From: Candidatus Brockarchaeota archaeon
GTDB lineage: Archaea; Thermoproteota; EX4484-205; JAAOZP01
DNA length: 64,000 bases
Assembly: GCA_017601345.1 (NCBI GenBank)
Contig: JAFNIT010000001.1
Coordinates: forward strand, 12,835-76,834
Reading direction: 5' to 3'
Below, in pieces: positions 45,760-56,493 of this stretch; the stretch's first letter is position 1, and each line of letters opens with the position of its first letter. Under the pieces are notes generated by a model. That model worked only from the letters and a program-made list of their open reading frames with translations, made no database searches and had not been told where the DNA came from. The position numbers and the translations under genes were made by a program.

Positions 45760-46374
45760 ATGTCACCGTTACCGTGGAAAAAACCCCGGCCTCCTCCTCA
45801 CCCAACGAATACTCCTGCTTTTCAAGACACTCTAAGAGAGGCTCTCATGATGCTTAAAGTTCAGGAGCAGAATCTAGACCGTATTTACAGCAGGATTAAG
45901 ATGAGGGATGAGCAGCTTTTCAAAGAAGTGGAGAAAGCGCTCGTGGAACGGGATAATCCTCGCGCACTAGTATATGCGAATGAAGTTGCTCAAGTAAGGA
46001 AGATGGGCAAGATAATCCTTAGCAATAAGCTTGCCCTCGAAAGAATAATACTAAGATTAGAAGACACTCTGGATTTCAAAGATACCCTTAAAGTATTGGG
46101 TCCTGTTGTAAATGTTGTTAACAGAGTTGGGAGCGAGATAAGGAATGTTGCACCGCAAGTTGCGGAGAGTCTGAAGCAAATAGAGGATATGATGAACCGT
46201 GTACTGATACAGGCTGGCGAGGTATCTGGTTATGAACCGTATGTTTCAACAGATAGAGAAGCAGACCAGATTCTAAGAGAAGCATCTGTATTAGCATCTC
46301 AGAAGATGAAGTCTAGTTTCCCAGATATACCTGAACCCCTTAAGCAACAACTGGAAGAAACTGGCTCGGGGTAG
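45760..46374 (+). CDS. ESCRT-III (Snf7-family) paralog without winged helix
   Basis: Pro/basic N-terminus, then helical-hairpin Snf7-like core. Divergent from cdvC, with a TATA-like AAAATATTTAAG ~35 bp upstream. Confidence 0.6.
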   Translation: MSPLPWKKPRPPPHPTNTPAFQDTLREALMMLKVQEQNLDRIYSRIKMRDEQLFKEVEKALVERDNPRALVYANEVAQVRKMGKIILSNKLALERIILRLEDTLDFKDTLKVLGPVVNVVNRVGSEIRNVAPQVAESLKQIEDMMNRVLIQAGEVSGYEPYVSTDREADQILREASVLASQKMKSSFPDIPEPLKQQLEETGSG

Positions 46375-46378
46375 GGGC

Positions 46379-47200
46379 TTAATCGAACTGTGATCTGAGT
46401 TTAGTAGCAAGTTTCATAATTTTGGCGTAAGCAGTCAACTCTTCCAAGAGACCGTTAAAGTCTCCATATTTCTCTTCAATAAGCCTTACGAATGCACTGC
46501 CTACTATAGCCCCGTCAGCTCCACAAGATATTACAGATCCTACATGCTCCGGCTTAGATATGCCGAATCCGACTGCCAGAGGAACCCTATTAATTGTATA
46601 AGGGCGTATTTTTCTTATAGTTTGCATAGTGAGCTGGGCGACGTGTTCCCTCATACCTGTCACGCCGAAAACGGAAACAAGATAGAGGAAGCCCGAGGCC
46701 ATTTTAAGTATCTTCTCAAGTCTGTTTAAGGGTGTTGAAGGAGCTGCGAGGAAAATCGTGTCAACACCGTTCTTCTCAGCATGGTTCTTATATTCTTCAG
46801 CCTCTTCAACAGGCAGGTCAGCTACGATCACGCCGTCTACATTGCTCCTACTAGCACTCTCCAAAAATCTTCCGACACCTCTTCTGAAAATTATGTTGTA
46901 ATAAGTTAGAATGACGATGGGTATATTAACAGTCTTCTTCACCTCTCTGACTATTTCGAAAACGGTGTTAGGAGTTGTACCAGCATTGAGAGCCCGGACA
47001 TCAGAAGCCTGTATTACAGGACCGTCCGCTATCGGATCGGAAAAGGGGATTCCGATCTCAATAATATCTGCACCGCCCTCTACAAGCGCTTTAACTATTC
47101 GAGGAGTATGCTTCGGAGAAGGATCCCCTCCGGTTACATAGGCTATTAACGCTCCCTCGTTACGCTTCCTCAACTCTCGGAATGCGTTAGCAATACTCAT
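46379..47200 (-). CDS. trpA: Tryptophan synthase alpha chain
   Basis: TIM-barrel TrpA with catalytic region [16 protein letters not shown]. 273 aa. Overlaps trpB. Confidence 0.9.
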   Translation of the reverse strand: MSIANAFRELRKRNEGALIAYVTGGDPSPKHTPRIVKALVEGGADIIEIGIPFSDPIADGPVIQASDVRALNAGTTPNTVFEIVREVKKTVNIPIVILTYYNIIFRRGVGRFLESASRSNVDGVIVADLPVEEAEEYKNHAEKNGVDTIFLAAPSTPLNRLEKILKMASGFLYLVSVFGVTGMREHVAQLTMQTIRKIRPYTINRVPLAVGFGISKPEHVGSVISCGADGAIVGSAFVRLIEEKYGDFNGLLEELTAYAKIMKLATKLRSQFD

Positions 47201-48399
47201 ATTTTAACACCCAGCCTGTTTGCAACAACCTCTACATCCTTATCTCCCCTGCCGGATAGGTTTACTACAAGTATCTCGTCTTTACTCATTTTTTCAGCCA
47301 ATTTCTTAGCGTAAGCTAAGGCGTGGCATGGTTCCAACGCGGGTATTATGCCTTCAAGCCTAGAGAGTTCGAGAAAAGCCTCTAGAGCCTCCTCATCAGT
47401 GACCGCATCATATTTAACTCTCCCAATGCTCTTGAGGAAACTATGTTCTGGTCCGACTCCAGGGTAGTCTAGACCAGCTGAAATACTATGTGTAGTCAAT
47501 ATCTGTCCGTTCTCGTCTTGGAGAACATATGAAAGCATTCCGTGGAAAACTCCTTCGGAGCCAGCGCAGAGGCTCGCTGCATGCCTTCCGCTTTCGAGGC
47601 CTTCTCCAGCAGCCTCAACTCCGTAGAGCTCTACGTCTTCATCCTCAATGAATGGGTAGAATATTCCGATCGCATTGCTTCCTCCTCCAACACAAGCAAC
47701 TATTGCATCTGGAAGCCTTCCTTCCTGGACGAGTATCTGTTCCCTCGTCTCAAAACCGATAACGCTCTGGAAGTCCCTAACTATCATAGGATAAGGATGT
47801 GGCCCAACGACGGAGCCTATTAAATAATATGTTGTCTGAACGTTAGTAACCCAATCTCTCAGAGCCTCGTTTATCGCATCTTTAAGCGTCCTCGAGCCTG
47901 ATTCAACAGGATGTACTTCCGCACCTAGAAGCCTCATTCTGAAAACGTTTAAGCGTTGCCTCTTCATATCTTCAGCACCCATATATATCTCAGCCTTCAA
48001 GCCCAGTGCTGCGCAGGCCATTGCTGTTGCCACACCATGTTGACCAGCACCGGTTTCGGCAATTACCCTTGTCTTACCCATACTCTTGGCTAAAAGCGCC
48101 TGCCCTATCGTATTGTTTATCTTATGAGCACCACCATGCGCCAAGTCCTCTCTCTTCAAATATATCTTAGGACCGCCAAATTTCTCAGTAAGGTTTGCTG
48201 CATAGTATAGTGGGGTGGGTCTTCCTGCAAATTTCTCAAGATAATACTTCAGCTTCTTCTTAAACTCTGGATCCTCCTTGAACTTTAAATATGCTTCTTC
48301 AAGCTCTTCTAATGCAGGCATTAGCGTTTCCGAAACAAATCTTCCTCCGTAACGTCCGTATTTTCCACCCCTAGGATACTCGTAAACTATTCTGCTCAT
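47197..48399 (-). CDS. trpB: Tryptophan synthase beta chain
   Basis: PLP-fold type II. PLP lysine context [22 protein letters not shown] loop. 400 aa. Confidence 0.9.
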   Translation of the reverse strand: MSRIVYEYPRGGKYGRYGGRFVSETLMPALEELEEAYLKFKEDPEFKKKLKYYLEKFAGRPTPLYYAANLTEKFGGPKIYLKREDLAHGGAHKINNTIGQALLAKSMGKTRVIAETGAGQHGVATAMACAALGLKAEIYMGAEDMKRQRLNVFRMRLLGAEVHPVESGSRTLKDAINEALRDWVTNVQTTYYLIGSVVGPHPYPMIVRDFQSVIGFETREQILVQEGRLPDAIVACVGGGSNAIGIFYPFIEDEDVELYGVEAAGEGLESGRHAASLCAGSEGVFHGMLSYVLQDENGQILTTHSISAGLDYPGVGPEHSFLKSIGRVKYDAVTDEEALEAFLELSRLEGIIPALEPCHALAYAKKLAEKMSKDEILVVNLSGRGDKDVEVVANRLGVKI

Positions 48400-49043
48400 G
48401 CCTCTGACTCCTTTGCTCTCTTGATAAACATTGATACTTTCCGAGGGTCCTTAATACCTGGTCTTGCTTCAACACCGGTTGAAACGTCGACAGCATACGG
48501 TTTAACTATCCTCACCGCAGCTGCAACATTCTCAGGAGTCAAGCCTCCAGCTAATATTAATGGTTTGGGTTGAAGCCTTTCTCTTATAATTCTGCTTAGC
48601 TCCCAGTCATGGGTTTTACCGGAGCCTCCTGACCCATTATCCATCAAACTGTCTAAAAGTACAATATCGAATATTTTAGAGTATTCCACTGCCAAGTCTA
48701 AAGCATTTGGAAGTCTGGCATTTACCGCTCCTATGATCCCTTTTCCACGAAATTCCTCAGTTAAACGGATTAGTAGACTAGGCTCCCCATGCAACTGTAT
48801 ATAGTCCGCAGCGAGTTGTATAACGCTGTTTAAGTCTTCTAGGCTCTTTGGGATTGTGACAACTACGCTTTTAACATCGGTTGGAACGGCAGATATTAAG
48901 CGGGCGGCAGCATCGTGCTTCAGGTTCCTTGGAGAAGAAGGAACGTTCACGACAAATCCCACGAAATCTGCTCCAGCATTTACTACGAATTCAAGGTCTT
49001 CAACTCTGGTTATTCCGCATATTTTTACTCTTACCATCTTCAA
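48396..49043 (-). CDS. trpF: Phosphoribosylanthranilate isomerase
   Basis: TrpF TIM barrel (VKICGIT...ADFVGFV). 215 aa. Coupled to trpB and trpC. Confidence 0.85.
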   Translation of the reverse strand: MKMVRVKICGITRVEDLEFVVNAGADFVGFVVNVPSSPRNLKHDAAARLISAVPTDVKSVVVTIPKSLEDLNSVIQLAADYIQLHGEPSLLIRLTEEFRGKGIIGAVNARLPNALDLAVEYSKIFDIVLLDSLMDNGSGGSGKTHDWELSRIIRERLQPKPLILAGGLTPENVAAAVRIVKPYAVDVSTGVEARPGIKDPRKVSMFIKRAKESEA

Positions 49044-49855
49044 TCAGCCTCAACAAAACTCTTGATTTTTTCCTCAACATTTTCTGAAAGCATAATCGAG
49101 GTCCCGATTAGAAATGCGTCTACACCGTATTCTCTTAAAAGCTTTATTTGCTCAGGGGACTCTATGCCGCTTTCGCTTACAATTATTTTTCCGAATTTAC
49201 CGTATCTGCTGAGTATTGCTACAGTAGTATTGATATCGACTTTCAGATTAGAAAGGTCTCTATTGTTTATCCCAATCATATCTGCTTCTGAATCTACAGC
49301 TTTGAGAAATTCATCTTCAGTATGAACCTCCAGTAGAACCTCCATGCCGTAAGAATGAGCAAGGCAAATCATATCCTCTAAATCGGCTTGAGAAAACTTT
49401 CTATCGAACAGTGTTTGAATGAGAAGTATTGCATCGGCTCCGATTTGCGAAGCTGCTCTAATTTGAGTATCACTTACAAAAAAATCCTTCATTAAAAGAG
49501 GGAGGTCTACAACCCTCCTAATCTCCTTGAAGACACTTAGTGAGCCATGGAAGTATTTAGGTTCTGTCAAAACCGAGATGCCGACTGCTCCAGCCCTTTC
49601 TGCAGAAAGGGCTATTTGAACAGCTTCGTCCCTTTTTCTCAAAAACCCTTTTGACGGGGATGCTGGTTTAAACTCGGCTATAACCGGATTCTTATCACAG
49701 GATAATATTGCTTTTCTTAAGCTAACTTTTTCATGTTCAACTGGATCTACATTGTAATAGCCGGATTCTATGGTTTCTATAACATTCTTTGTAATTTTCT
49801 CAAGAAAATCAACCATTCTTTTCAAGCTCCTCCAAGACCGACAGGTTTCCTCCAC
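49040..49855 (-). CDS. trpC: Indole-3-glycerol phosphate synthase
   Basis: IGPS family (VIAEFKPASPSKG...LLMKDFFV...IGINNRDL). 271 aa. Confidence 0.85.
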   Translation of the reverse strand: MEETCRSWRSLKRMVDFLEKITKNVIETIESGYYNVDPVEHEKVSLRKAILSCDKNPVIAEFKPASPSKGFLRKRDEAVQIALSAERAGAVGISVLTEPKYFHGSLSVFKEIRRVVDLPLLMKDFFVSDTQIRAASQIGADAILLIQTLFDRKFSQADLEDMICLAHSYGMEVLLEVHTEDEFLKAVDSEADMIGINNRDLSNLKVDINTTVAILSRYGKFGKIIVSESGIESPEQIKLLREYGVDAFLIGTSIMLSENVEEKIKSFVEAD

Positions 49856-50876
49856 TATACTTTATTAGGTCCTTAAGCTTATTGTAGGCTGCGCCGCTTT
49901 CTAACGATTCCCTCGCTATTTCTAATGCTTTAGAAAGATTCTTAGCCTTCCCGCCTAAGAATATTGCAGCTGCAGCATTAATCAAAGCCATGTTTCTTTT
50001 AGAAACAAGCCTATCGTCATCTTCCGCACGGTTTCTTAATATGTCTAAAGCAGCCTTTACACTTTCATCTTTAGAAGAGACTTGAACGTAACTTTTATCT
50101 GCTCTTTTTAGACCGAAATCCTCGGGTTCGATGCATTTTGAAACAATCCTTCCATCAGATATGAGGAAAACATTAGTCCTACCGGTTATGGAGATCTCAT
50201 CTAATCCATCTGAGCCATATACTACCATCGCTTTCTCTACGCCGAGGTTCTTGAGGACGTTTGCAACGAGCTTGAGGAGATGCTTCTCGCAGACTCCCAG
50301 AAGCTGAGCTTTGGCACCAGCGGGATTAGTCAGAGGACCTAGAATGTTGAAGACTGTTCTTATTCCTATCTCTCTCCTTGGCCCTACTGCATGCTTCATA
50401 GCTGGATGGAAAACTGGGGCAAACATGAATCCTATTCCAATGCTTTCTATAGACTTCTCCACAGCCTCAGGGCTCATGTTAAGGTTAAATCCTAATGCTT
50501 CAAGAAGGTCTGCACTACCGCACTTACTCGTTACGGAACGGTTTCCATGTTTCGCTACGTAAACACCTGCTCCGGCGGCGATTAGAGCAGCTATAGTGCT
50601 TACATTAAAAGTCTTAACAGGATCTCCTCCTGTCCCGCAAGTATCAATAAGCCTACTTTTAATACTTGGGTTAATGCGGATGCAGAATCTCCTCATAACC
50701 GATGCGAATGCGGTTATCTCTTCAACGGTCTCTCCCTTCATCCTTAATGCAGTGATGAATGAAGCTATCTGGGCATCACTTGCCTTACCAGACATTATTT
50801 CAGTCATCGCTTCCTCGGCTTCTTCTGGGAGAAGGTCTTCTCCTCTAACCAGCTTCGCTATACATTCCCTTATCAA
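49809..50876 (-). CDS. trpD: Anthranilate phosphoribosyltransferase
   Basis: TrpD motifs DTCGTGGD and KHGNRSVTSKCGSADLLEALG. 355 aa. Confidence 0.9.
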   Translation of the reverse strand: MIRECIAKLVRGEDLLPEEAEEAMTEIMSGKASDAQIASFITALRMKGETVEEITAFASVMRRFCIRINPSIKSRLIDTCGTGGDPVKTFNVSTIAALIAAGAGVYVAKHGNRSVTSKCGSADLLEALGFNLNMSPEAVEKSIESIGIGFMFAPVFHPAMKHAVGPRREIGIRTVFNILGPLTNPAGAKAQLLGVCEKHLLKLVANVLKNLGVEKAMVVYGSDGLDEISITGRTNVFLISDGRIVSKCIEPEDFGLKRADKSYVQVSSKDESVKAALDILRNRAEDDDRLVSKRNMALINAAAAIFLGGKAKNLSKALEIARESLESGAAYNKLKDLIKYSGGNLSVLEELEKNG

Positions 50877-51463
50877 AGCTTAACCCCTCCGTCAAGAAAG
50901 TTCTTCAATATCCTCTTCCCCTCCCTGGTAAGTATAGACTCCGGATGGAACTGTATTCCTTCAACAGGGTACTCAACATGTCTCAAACCCATTACCTCAC
51001 AGTCTTCCAGAGAATATGCAGTTATTTTCAATAAGGGAGGTATGTCAAAGGCACTTACTACTAGAGAATGATAACGTGTTGCCTCGAATGGATTTGGTAC
51101 CCCTCTGAATATCCCTCTACCATCATGCTTAATCATACTCGTCTTCCCGTGCATAAGCCTGCTCGCATGAGAGATTCTTGCACCAAAAGTGTACGCAATA
51201 CCCTGATGTCCTAAGCACACTCCGAGGATTGGAATCTTAGGACCTAGCTTACGTATTATTGAAATACAATTGCCGAAGTACCTTCTGTCCTCTGGGGTGC
51301 CTGGGCCGGGCGATATTATTATCCTATCTGGCTTAATTTTGTTCGCCCTCTTAACGTCGATAGCATCATTTCTAAAAACCATTACAGACGCGCCTAGCTC
51401 TCCCACGTACTGGGCAATATTGTACACGAAGGAATCGTAATTGTCTATTAAGAGGACTCTCAT
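50873..51463 (-). CDS. trpG: Anthranilate synthase component II (glutamine amidotransferase)
   Basis: Class I GATase triad: GVCLGHQ, H, E. 196 aa. Confidence 0.9.
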   Translation of the reverse strand: MRVLLIDNYDSFVYNIAQYVGELGASVMVFRNDAIDVKRANKIKPDRIIISPGPGTPEDRRYFGNCISIIRKLGPKIPILGVCLGHQGIAYTFGARISHASRLMHGKTSMIKHDGRGIFRGVPNPFEATRYHSLVVSAFDIPPLLKITAYSLEDCEVMGLRHVEYPVEGIQFHPESILTREGKRILKNFLDGGVKL

Positions 51464-52872
51464 TACCCACCACCTGCCACTTTCAGAGCTTTCAGTAAGG
51501 CTCTTGCCTTATGCTCTGTTTCAAACCATTCCCTCTCGGGAATGGAATCCGCAACGATTCCTGCTCCAACCTGAATATGTCCCCTGTTTTTGTTTACTAC
51601 GAGGGTTCTAATCGTTATTGCAAAGTCAGCATTACCATTGTAAGAGAAGTATCCTACTGCACCAGCATAGGGTCCTCTCTTAGTCGGCTCAAGCTCCTCG
51701 ATTATCTCCATCGCCCTGACTTTAGGGGCTCCGGAAACCGTTCCAGCGGGCAGCATGGTTCTCAGAACATCGAAGCAATCCTTGTCTGATGCAAGTACTC
51801 CAACAACCCTCGAGACGATGTGTTGGACATGGCTATACCTATGTATTACCATAAAATCGGGCACTTTTACCGAACCGTATTCTGCAACCCTACCTAGATC
51901 GTTCCTGGCTAGGTCTACAAGCATTACGTGTTCTGCTTTTTCCTTGGGGTCTGCTAAGAGTTCTTTCGCCAGCTTATCGTCTTTTCTCGGATTCCCAGTC
52001 TTCTGACGTGTACCCGCTATCGGATATGTTTCAATAATCCTATCCTCAACTCTAACAAGCATTTCTGGGCTTGATCCTATTATCCAAGTATTACCGTGTT
52101 TTAAGAAATACATGTAGGGAGAAGGATTGATTCTACGCAGAGCTCTGTAGAAGCGTATAAGGTCTCCACTGATGTTAAAACTATATCTTTTTGATAATAC
52201 TACTTGAAAAATATCTCCGTTGAAAATGTACTTCTTAGCCTTAGTTACTATTTCCTCATATTCTTCTTTGCAAATATTCGGCTTCGGCTTGTTAAACTTT
52301 AGGCTCCCAAAGCTTCTACTAGACTTTAGTTTTCTTTTTAAAATATCCAGCCTATTCTCAATGGTATAGAAGTAGTATGCCTTTCTCCTAACGTGATCAA
52401 ACACCATCCCATCATCATAAATGCCCATCTCCAAATCTGGAAGCTTCAAATCGTCTACAGCTATAGATGGAAGTCGCTCCCAGTATCTTACAGCATCATA
52501 GGAAAAATAGCCAACAGCACCCCCGGTAAACCTGGGATATCTCCGCGGGAGCACTTTAACACTCATTTCTTTCCTTATGATTTCGAGCGGGTCACTGGTT
52601 TTAGTAACATCCTTCTTCTCACCCGTTATCTCTGCCTTACCATTCTTAACTTTGATTACCATATTTGGGTCAAAACCTATGAAGGAGAATTCTGCGAGCT
52701 TTTGAGGACCAGTTACTGATTCCAGCAAATACACGTAATCATACTCGTCCACTAGGTTGGAGAAAACGTCAAGTGGGCTTTCATAATTTATTTCCTCGAT
52801 TTTAAAATCCAGGCTTTGAACAATTCCGCTAGAATGCCGATTACTGAGAGAGATGATGGTTCGAGCAGCCAT
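51463..52872 (-). CDS. trpE: Anthranilate synthase component I
   Basis: Chorismate-binding enzyme C-terminal domain (GAGIVADSIPEREWFET). 469 aa. First gene of the trpEGDCFBA operon. Confidence 0.9.
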   Translation of the reverse strand: MAARTIISLSNRHSSGIVQSLDFKIEEINYESPLDVFSNLVDEYDYVYLLESVTGPQKLAEFSFIGFDPNMVIKVKNGKAEITGEKKDVTKTSDPLEIIRKEMSVKVLPRRYPRFTGGAVGYFSYDAVRYWERLPSIAVDDLKLPDLEMGIYDDGMVFDHVRRKAYYFYTIENRLDILKRKLKSSRSFGSLKFNKPKPNICKEEYEEIVTKAKKYIFNGDIFQVVLSKRYSFNISGDLIRFYRALRRINPSPYMYFLKHGNTWIIGSSPEMLVRVEDRIIETYPIAGTRQKTGNPRKDDKLAKELLADPKEKAEHVMLVDLARNDLGRVAEYGSVKVPDFMVIHRYSHVQHIVSRVVGVLASDKDCFDVLRTMLPAGTVSGAPKVRAMEIIEELEPTKRGPYAGAVGYFSYNGNADFAITIRTLVVNKNRGHIQVGAGIVADSIPEREWFETEHKARALLKALKVAGGG

Positions 52873-52894
52873 AAGTCATTTAGCAAAAATAAAG

Positions 52895-52908
52895 CAATAT
52901 ATAAAAGG
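52895..52908 (-). promoter_or_regulatory. TATA-like box for the trp operon (near-leaderless)
   Basis: CCTTTTATATATTG (minus orientation) is centred ~30 bp upstream of the trpE ATG at 52872. Confidence 0.4.
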
Positions 52909-53041
52909 TTCTGAACAAATGAATGCATGTATACATTCGTACATAATGGGAATAGTAAATCCTCCGAAAATTTTTCATCTATTTTTGTTAAAAGCAATTA
53001 GGAGACCGAATAAGAGAAACCAATAAATAGCTATTCCACAT

Positions 53042-53353
53042 ATGGGTGAAGTTCAAATGAGCGGGAAAATAACCATATCTAGAGAAGAAATGCTACATTA
53101 CGCTAAGCTTTGCAGAATCTCGTTAAGCGAGCAGGAAATAGATAGGCTTTTAAAAGATGTTAATGAGATACTTGAATACTTTGAAACCATAAGAAGCCTT
53201 CAGTTGGACGTTGAACCTATGACCTATGTGACAGGCGTAAACGAAACCCTTAGAGAAGATGAACCTGGTGAAACCCTTAGAGAAGAAGATGTTTTTAGAA
53301 ATGCTGGAGAGAAAGAAGAGAGATGGTTCGTATCCGGCCAACTATGGGGTTGA
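53042..53353 (+). CDS. gatC: Asp/Glu-tRNA amidotransferase subunit C
   Basis: Small acidic helical protein (ISREEMLHYAKLCRISLSEQEIDRLLKDVNEILEYFE), ~100 aa, immediately upstream of and overlapping gatA. Confidence 0.7.
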   Translation: MGEVQMSGKITISREEMLHYAKLCRISLSEQEIDRLLKDVNEILEYFETIRSLQLDVEPMTYVTGVNETLREDEPGETLREEDVFRNAGEKEERWFVSGQLWG

Positions 53354-54771
53354 ACAGCGTTTTGGATCAGGTTGAGATTCTAAAGGAAGCTATTGACCCT
53401 GTAGAGAGAGTATATAAAGCTCTCGAAAAGATCGAAGCAAGCAGGGAGCTAAACGCATTCGTAACTATAGATGCAGAAGGCGCTTTAAGGAAGGCTGAGG
53501 AGATTAAGAGAAAAATAGCAAGAGGTGAGATACTTGGAAGACTTGCGGGTCTCATAGTGGCCGTTAAGGACAATATTTCTACAAGAGGTTTAAGGACTAC
53601 ATGTTCTTCTAAAATGCTTGAAAACTATATCCCCGTTTATGATGCCACAGTCATAGAGAAGATAAAGGCCGAGGATGCGATTATAATAGGTAAAACTAAC
53701 ATGGATGAGTTTGCAATGGGGTCCAGTACTGAAACATCATTCTTTGGACCCACGAGAAACTTTTTTGACCATTCTAGAGTTGCCGGAGGAAGCAGTGGTG
53801 GAAGCGCGGTCGCAGTTGCATGCGGAGCTGTTGACATAGCATTAGGTAGTGATACAGGCGGATCAATAAGGAACCCCGCTGCCTTTAACTCCATAGTTGG
53901 TTTGAAACCGACATACGGTAGGGTTTCACGCTACGGCTTAATAGCTTATGCGAGTAGCCTTGACCAAATAGGACCCATGGCTAAGAATACTTTGTCGACA
54001 GCGCTTCTCCTCCAAGTAATAGCCGGATGGGATCCCAGGGATTCAACCACGCTTAACAAGCCTGTTCCAAACTATGTTGAAGAAGCTTTGAAAGAAACCA
54101 GTGGCCTTAAGGTAGGTGTGATAAAAGAGGGTTTTGACAATGTTGATAAAAAAGTTTCTGAAAAAGCCTACGATGCTTTAGAAGCTCTTAAAAGAGTCGG
54201 ATGTCTTGTTGAAGAGGTTTCTATGCCTTTCATGAAGTATGCTCTCCCAGCATATTACATAATAGCCATGGCAGAGTGTTCGAGCAACCTGGCTAGGTTT
54301 GACGGAATCCGTTACGGAGGGAAACCTGTCAAAGGAAAATGGGAGGAGCAGCTTGTAAAGATCAGGACAGAATGCTTCGGAGAAGAGGCTAAGAGGAGAA
54401 TATTCTTAGGTACTTTTGTTCTCTCCGCAGGCTATAAAGAGGATTTCTACATAAAGGCTTGTAGAGTTAGAAGGAGGATATACGATGAGTTTAAGCTTTT
54501 GCTAAAGAATTATAATGCTCTGGCAATGCCGACAATGCCAGTCCTGCCTTGGAAGATAGGGGAACTCCTCTCCCCATTAGAGATTTATATGATGGATATT
54601 GAGACTGTGGCTGTTAACCTAGCTGGATTACCCGCAATAAGTATTCCAGCGGGTTTTGTGAACTCTCTGCCTGTTGGACTCCAGCTAATAGGAGACCATT
54701 TTGATGAGGCAACTTTGCTGAGAATTTCATATGCCTACGAGAACGAAACTGGATTTACTAAGTGGTTTTAG
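53323..54771 (+). CDS. gatA: Asp/Glu-tRNA amidotransferase subunit A (amidase signature family)
   Basis: Amidase signature GGSSGGSAVAVACG, with the Ser-cisSer-Lys triad region. The start may be the Met at ~53344. Confidence 0.9.
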   Translation: MVRIRPTMGLNSVLDQVEILKEAIDPVERVYKALEKIEASRELNAFVTIDAEGALRKAEEIKRKIARGEILGRLAGLIVAVKDNISTRGLRTTCSSKMLENYIPVYDATVIEKIKAEDAIIIGKTNMDEFAMGSSTETSFFGPTRNFFDHSRVAGGSSGGSAVAVACGAVDIALGSDTGGSIRNPAAFNSIVGLKPTYGRVSRYGLIAYASSLDQIGPMAKNTLSTALLLQVIAGWDPRDSTTLNKPVPNYVEEALKETSGLKVGVIKEGFDNVDKKVSEKAYDALEALKRVGCLVEEVSMPFMKYALPAYYIIAMAECSSNLARFDGIRYGGKPVKGKWEEQLVKIRTECFGEEAKRRIFLGTFVLSAGYKEDFYIKACRVRRRIYDEFKLLLKNYNALAMPTMPVLPWKIGELLSPLEIYMMDIETVAVNLAGLPAISIPAGFVNSLPVGLQLIGDHFDEATLLRISYAYENETGFTKWF

Positions 54772-54827
54772 ATTCTCTGGAAAACCCGGAAAGGTTATAA
54801 ACCGGTTTTAAACCACTCGTTGAGAAA

Positions 54828-55922
54828 ATGCTCCAGAAGACACCTATGCTGCTCATACCCGGTCCGATAACGCTTCCTGAGAGAGTTTTGAAGACCATGG
54901 CTAAGCCTATAATAAATCACAGGGGGGAGGAATTCCACAAGCTTTACGAAGAGATAGAAAATGGACTAAAGTACGCTTTCCAGACTGAGAATAACGTTTA
55001 CATAATAAGTGGCTCAGGCACTGCTGGAGTAGACATGGTTTTCCAAAACTTCGTTTATGAGGGCGAGAAAATTCTGATACCTGACTTCGGAGATTTTACA
55101 GAAAGAGCCGTAGAGAATGCTATAAAAGTTGGCGCTAAGCCGGTTATTGTTAAGGCGGAGTGGGGAAGAGTCCCTAGCTTGAGGGAAATAATCGACGCAA
55201 TCGAGAAAGAAGATGTAAAGAGCATCTTCATAGTACATAACGAGACCTCTACTGGCGTGACGTTCAGAATGATGGAAGAGATACGCAACGCTATTGGAAA
55301 CAAGGATATACTTATTTTCGCAGATACTGTTTCAGACCTTGGCGTAGAGCCTTTTTACACTGATAAGTGGCGTGTCGACGTCTGCGTGACAGCCAGTCAG
55401 AAAGGACTTGGAGGACCTCCCGGATTATCCTTCGTATCAGTAAGCGAGAGAGCATTGGAAAAGGGTTTGAGCAATCTGCGGAGGAGAAGCTTTTACCTCG
55501 ACATTGAGAAACTGCACAAGTTTCATTTGAAGAGGGAAACACCGTTTACTCCCGCCGTCACACTGTTATACGGTATGGCTGAGGCTCTTAACATACTTAA
55601 GGAAGAAGGATATGAGGGGAGGATTAGGAGACATAAGGAGAATGCTGAAATGATATACGAGTTCTTAGAGTCTGAAGGGTTTGAAATCTTCCCGCAAGAG
55701 AAGGATTATCGATCCATATCAATAATAGTTTTTAAAAACAAGAATTTCGATGCTCCTAAAGCAATTAAAAAACTGTACGAGGAATATGGGATACTTATCG
55801 CGAGAGGAATGGGTAGATTAAGAGATGAAACCACTAGGATAGGAAACGTCGGATATGAAGGGAGAAGGGAAATAGAATACTTCCTCAAATCGTTCAAAAC
55901 CATATTAAGCAACATGCATTAA
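54828..55922 (+). CDS. Class V aminotransferase (serine-pyruvate/alanine-glyoxylate aminotransferase-like)
   Basis: PLP fold type I, AAT class V: IPGPITLPERVL N-terminus, SGSGTAG, and PLP lysine region TASQKGLGGPPG. 364 aa. Confidence 0.8.
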   Translation: MLQKTPMLLIPGPITLPERVLKTMAKPIINHRGEEFHKLYEEIENGLKYAFQTENNVYIISGSGTAGVDMVFQNFVYEGEKILIPDFGDFTERAVENAIKVGAKPVIVKAEWGRVPSLREIIDAIEKEDVKSIFIVHNETSTGVTFRMMEEIRNAIGNKDILIFADTVSDLGVEPFYTDKWRVDVCVTASQKGLGGPPGLSFVSVSERALEKGLSNLRRRSFYLDIEKLHKFHLKRETPFTPAVTLLYGMAEALNILKEEGYEGRIRRHKENAEMIYEFLESEGFEIFPQEKDYRSISIIVFKNKNFDAPKAIKKLYEEYGILIARGMGRLRDETTRIGNVGYEGRREIEYFLKSFKTILSNMH

Positions 55923-55973
55923 ACTTATGTGAAAAAGATCATTTTTACTAACGCTTTAAATGAATGCCAATTC

Positions 55974-56492
55974 TCATAATATCTTCTTCACAGCAAGCAT
56001 CGGCTTTAATTTTTCAAAGAAGAAGGAAGACGATAATAGTAAAACCCCGATAATAAGGACGATAAGCATATCCGTATATTCTGATTCCGAAACCCCTTGA
56101 GAGAAAAGCCTTAAGCTTAAAGACTGAATAGGCCTACTGAAATTTAGAACAATAGCGTGAATGCCCCTCTGTTCTATCTGGAGAGTGGTGGTGAAAGAAC
56201 CTGAGTACCGGCTTGTCCTAACCCCCGTTGGAAACCGATTCTGCAAGTAATCATTTATCTCCCCTGGAGTAGTTAAGAATAAAAGAGTCGAATTAACATT
56301 CCTAGGGAGCTCTATAGAAAAAGTAATACTTGACGCACGAGTAAAGAAGAAACAGTTTATTGATATGGTGCCATTTCCCATGTACGGCTCCACCAGGAAA
56401 CCTCCAGGAGTGTTGAAAAAAGGTTGGCGTGCAATTATTAATGTCAGAGATATCAAGATCAAGAACAACCCGAGCCTCAATACCAGTTTCAT
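55974..56492 (-). CDS. Membrane/extracellular protein with N- and C-terminal hydrophobic anchors
   Basis: N-terminal LGLFLILISLTLIIA, a central domain with sequons (NGT, NST, NFS), and C-terminal LIVLIIGVLLLSSSFFF. Third gene of an ABC-2 operon. Confidence 0.45.
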   Translation of the reverse strand: MKLVLRLGLFLILISLTLIIARQPFFNTPGGFLVEPYMGNGTISINCFFFTRASSITFSIELPRNVNSTLLFLTTPGEINDYLQNRFPTGVRTSRYSGSFTTTLQIEQRGIHAIVLNFSRPIQSLSLRLFSQGVSESEYTDMLIVLIIGVLLLSSSFFFEKLKPMLAVKKIL

Positions 56493-56493
56493 C

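Noticed and set aside
52788-52997. 69-aa minus-strand ORF spanning the trpE start and promoter
   Set aside because: It overlaps the trpE 5' end in another frame and the AT-rich promoter; more likely promoter sequence than a gene.
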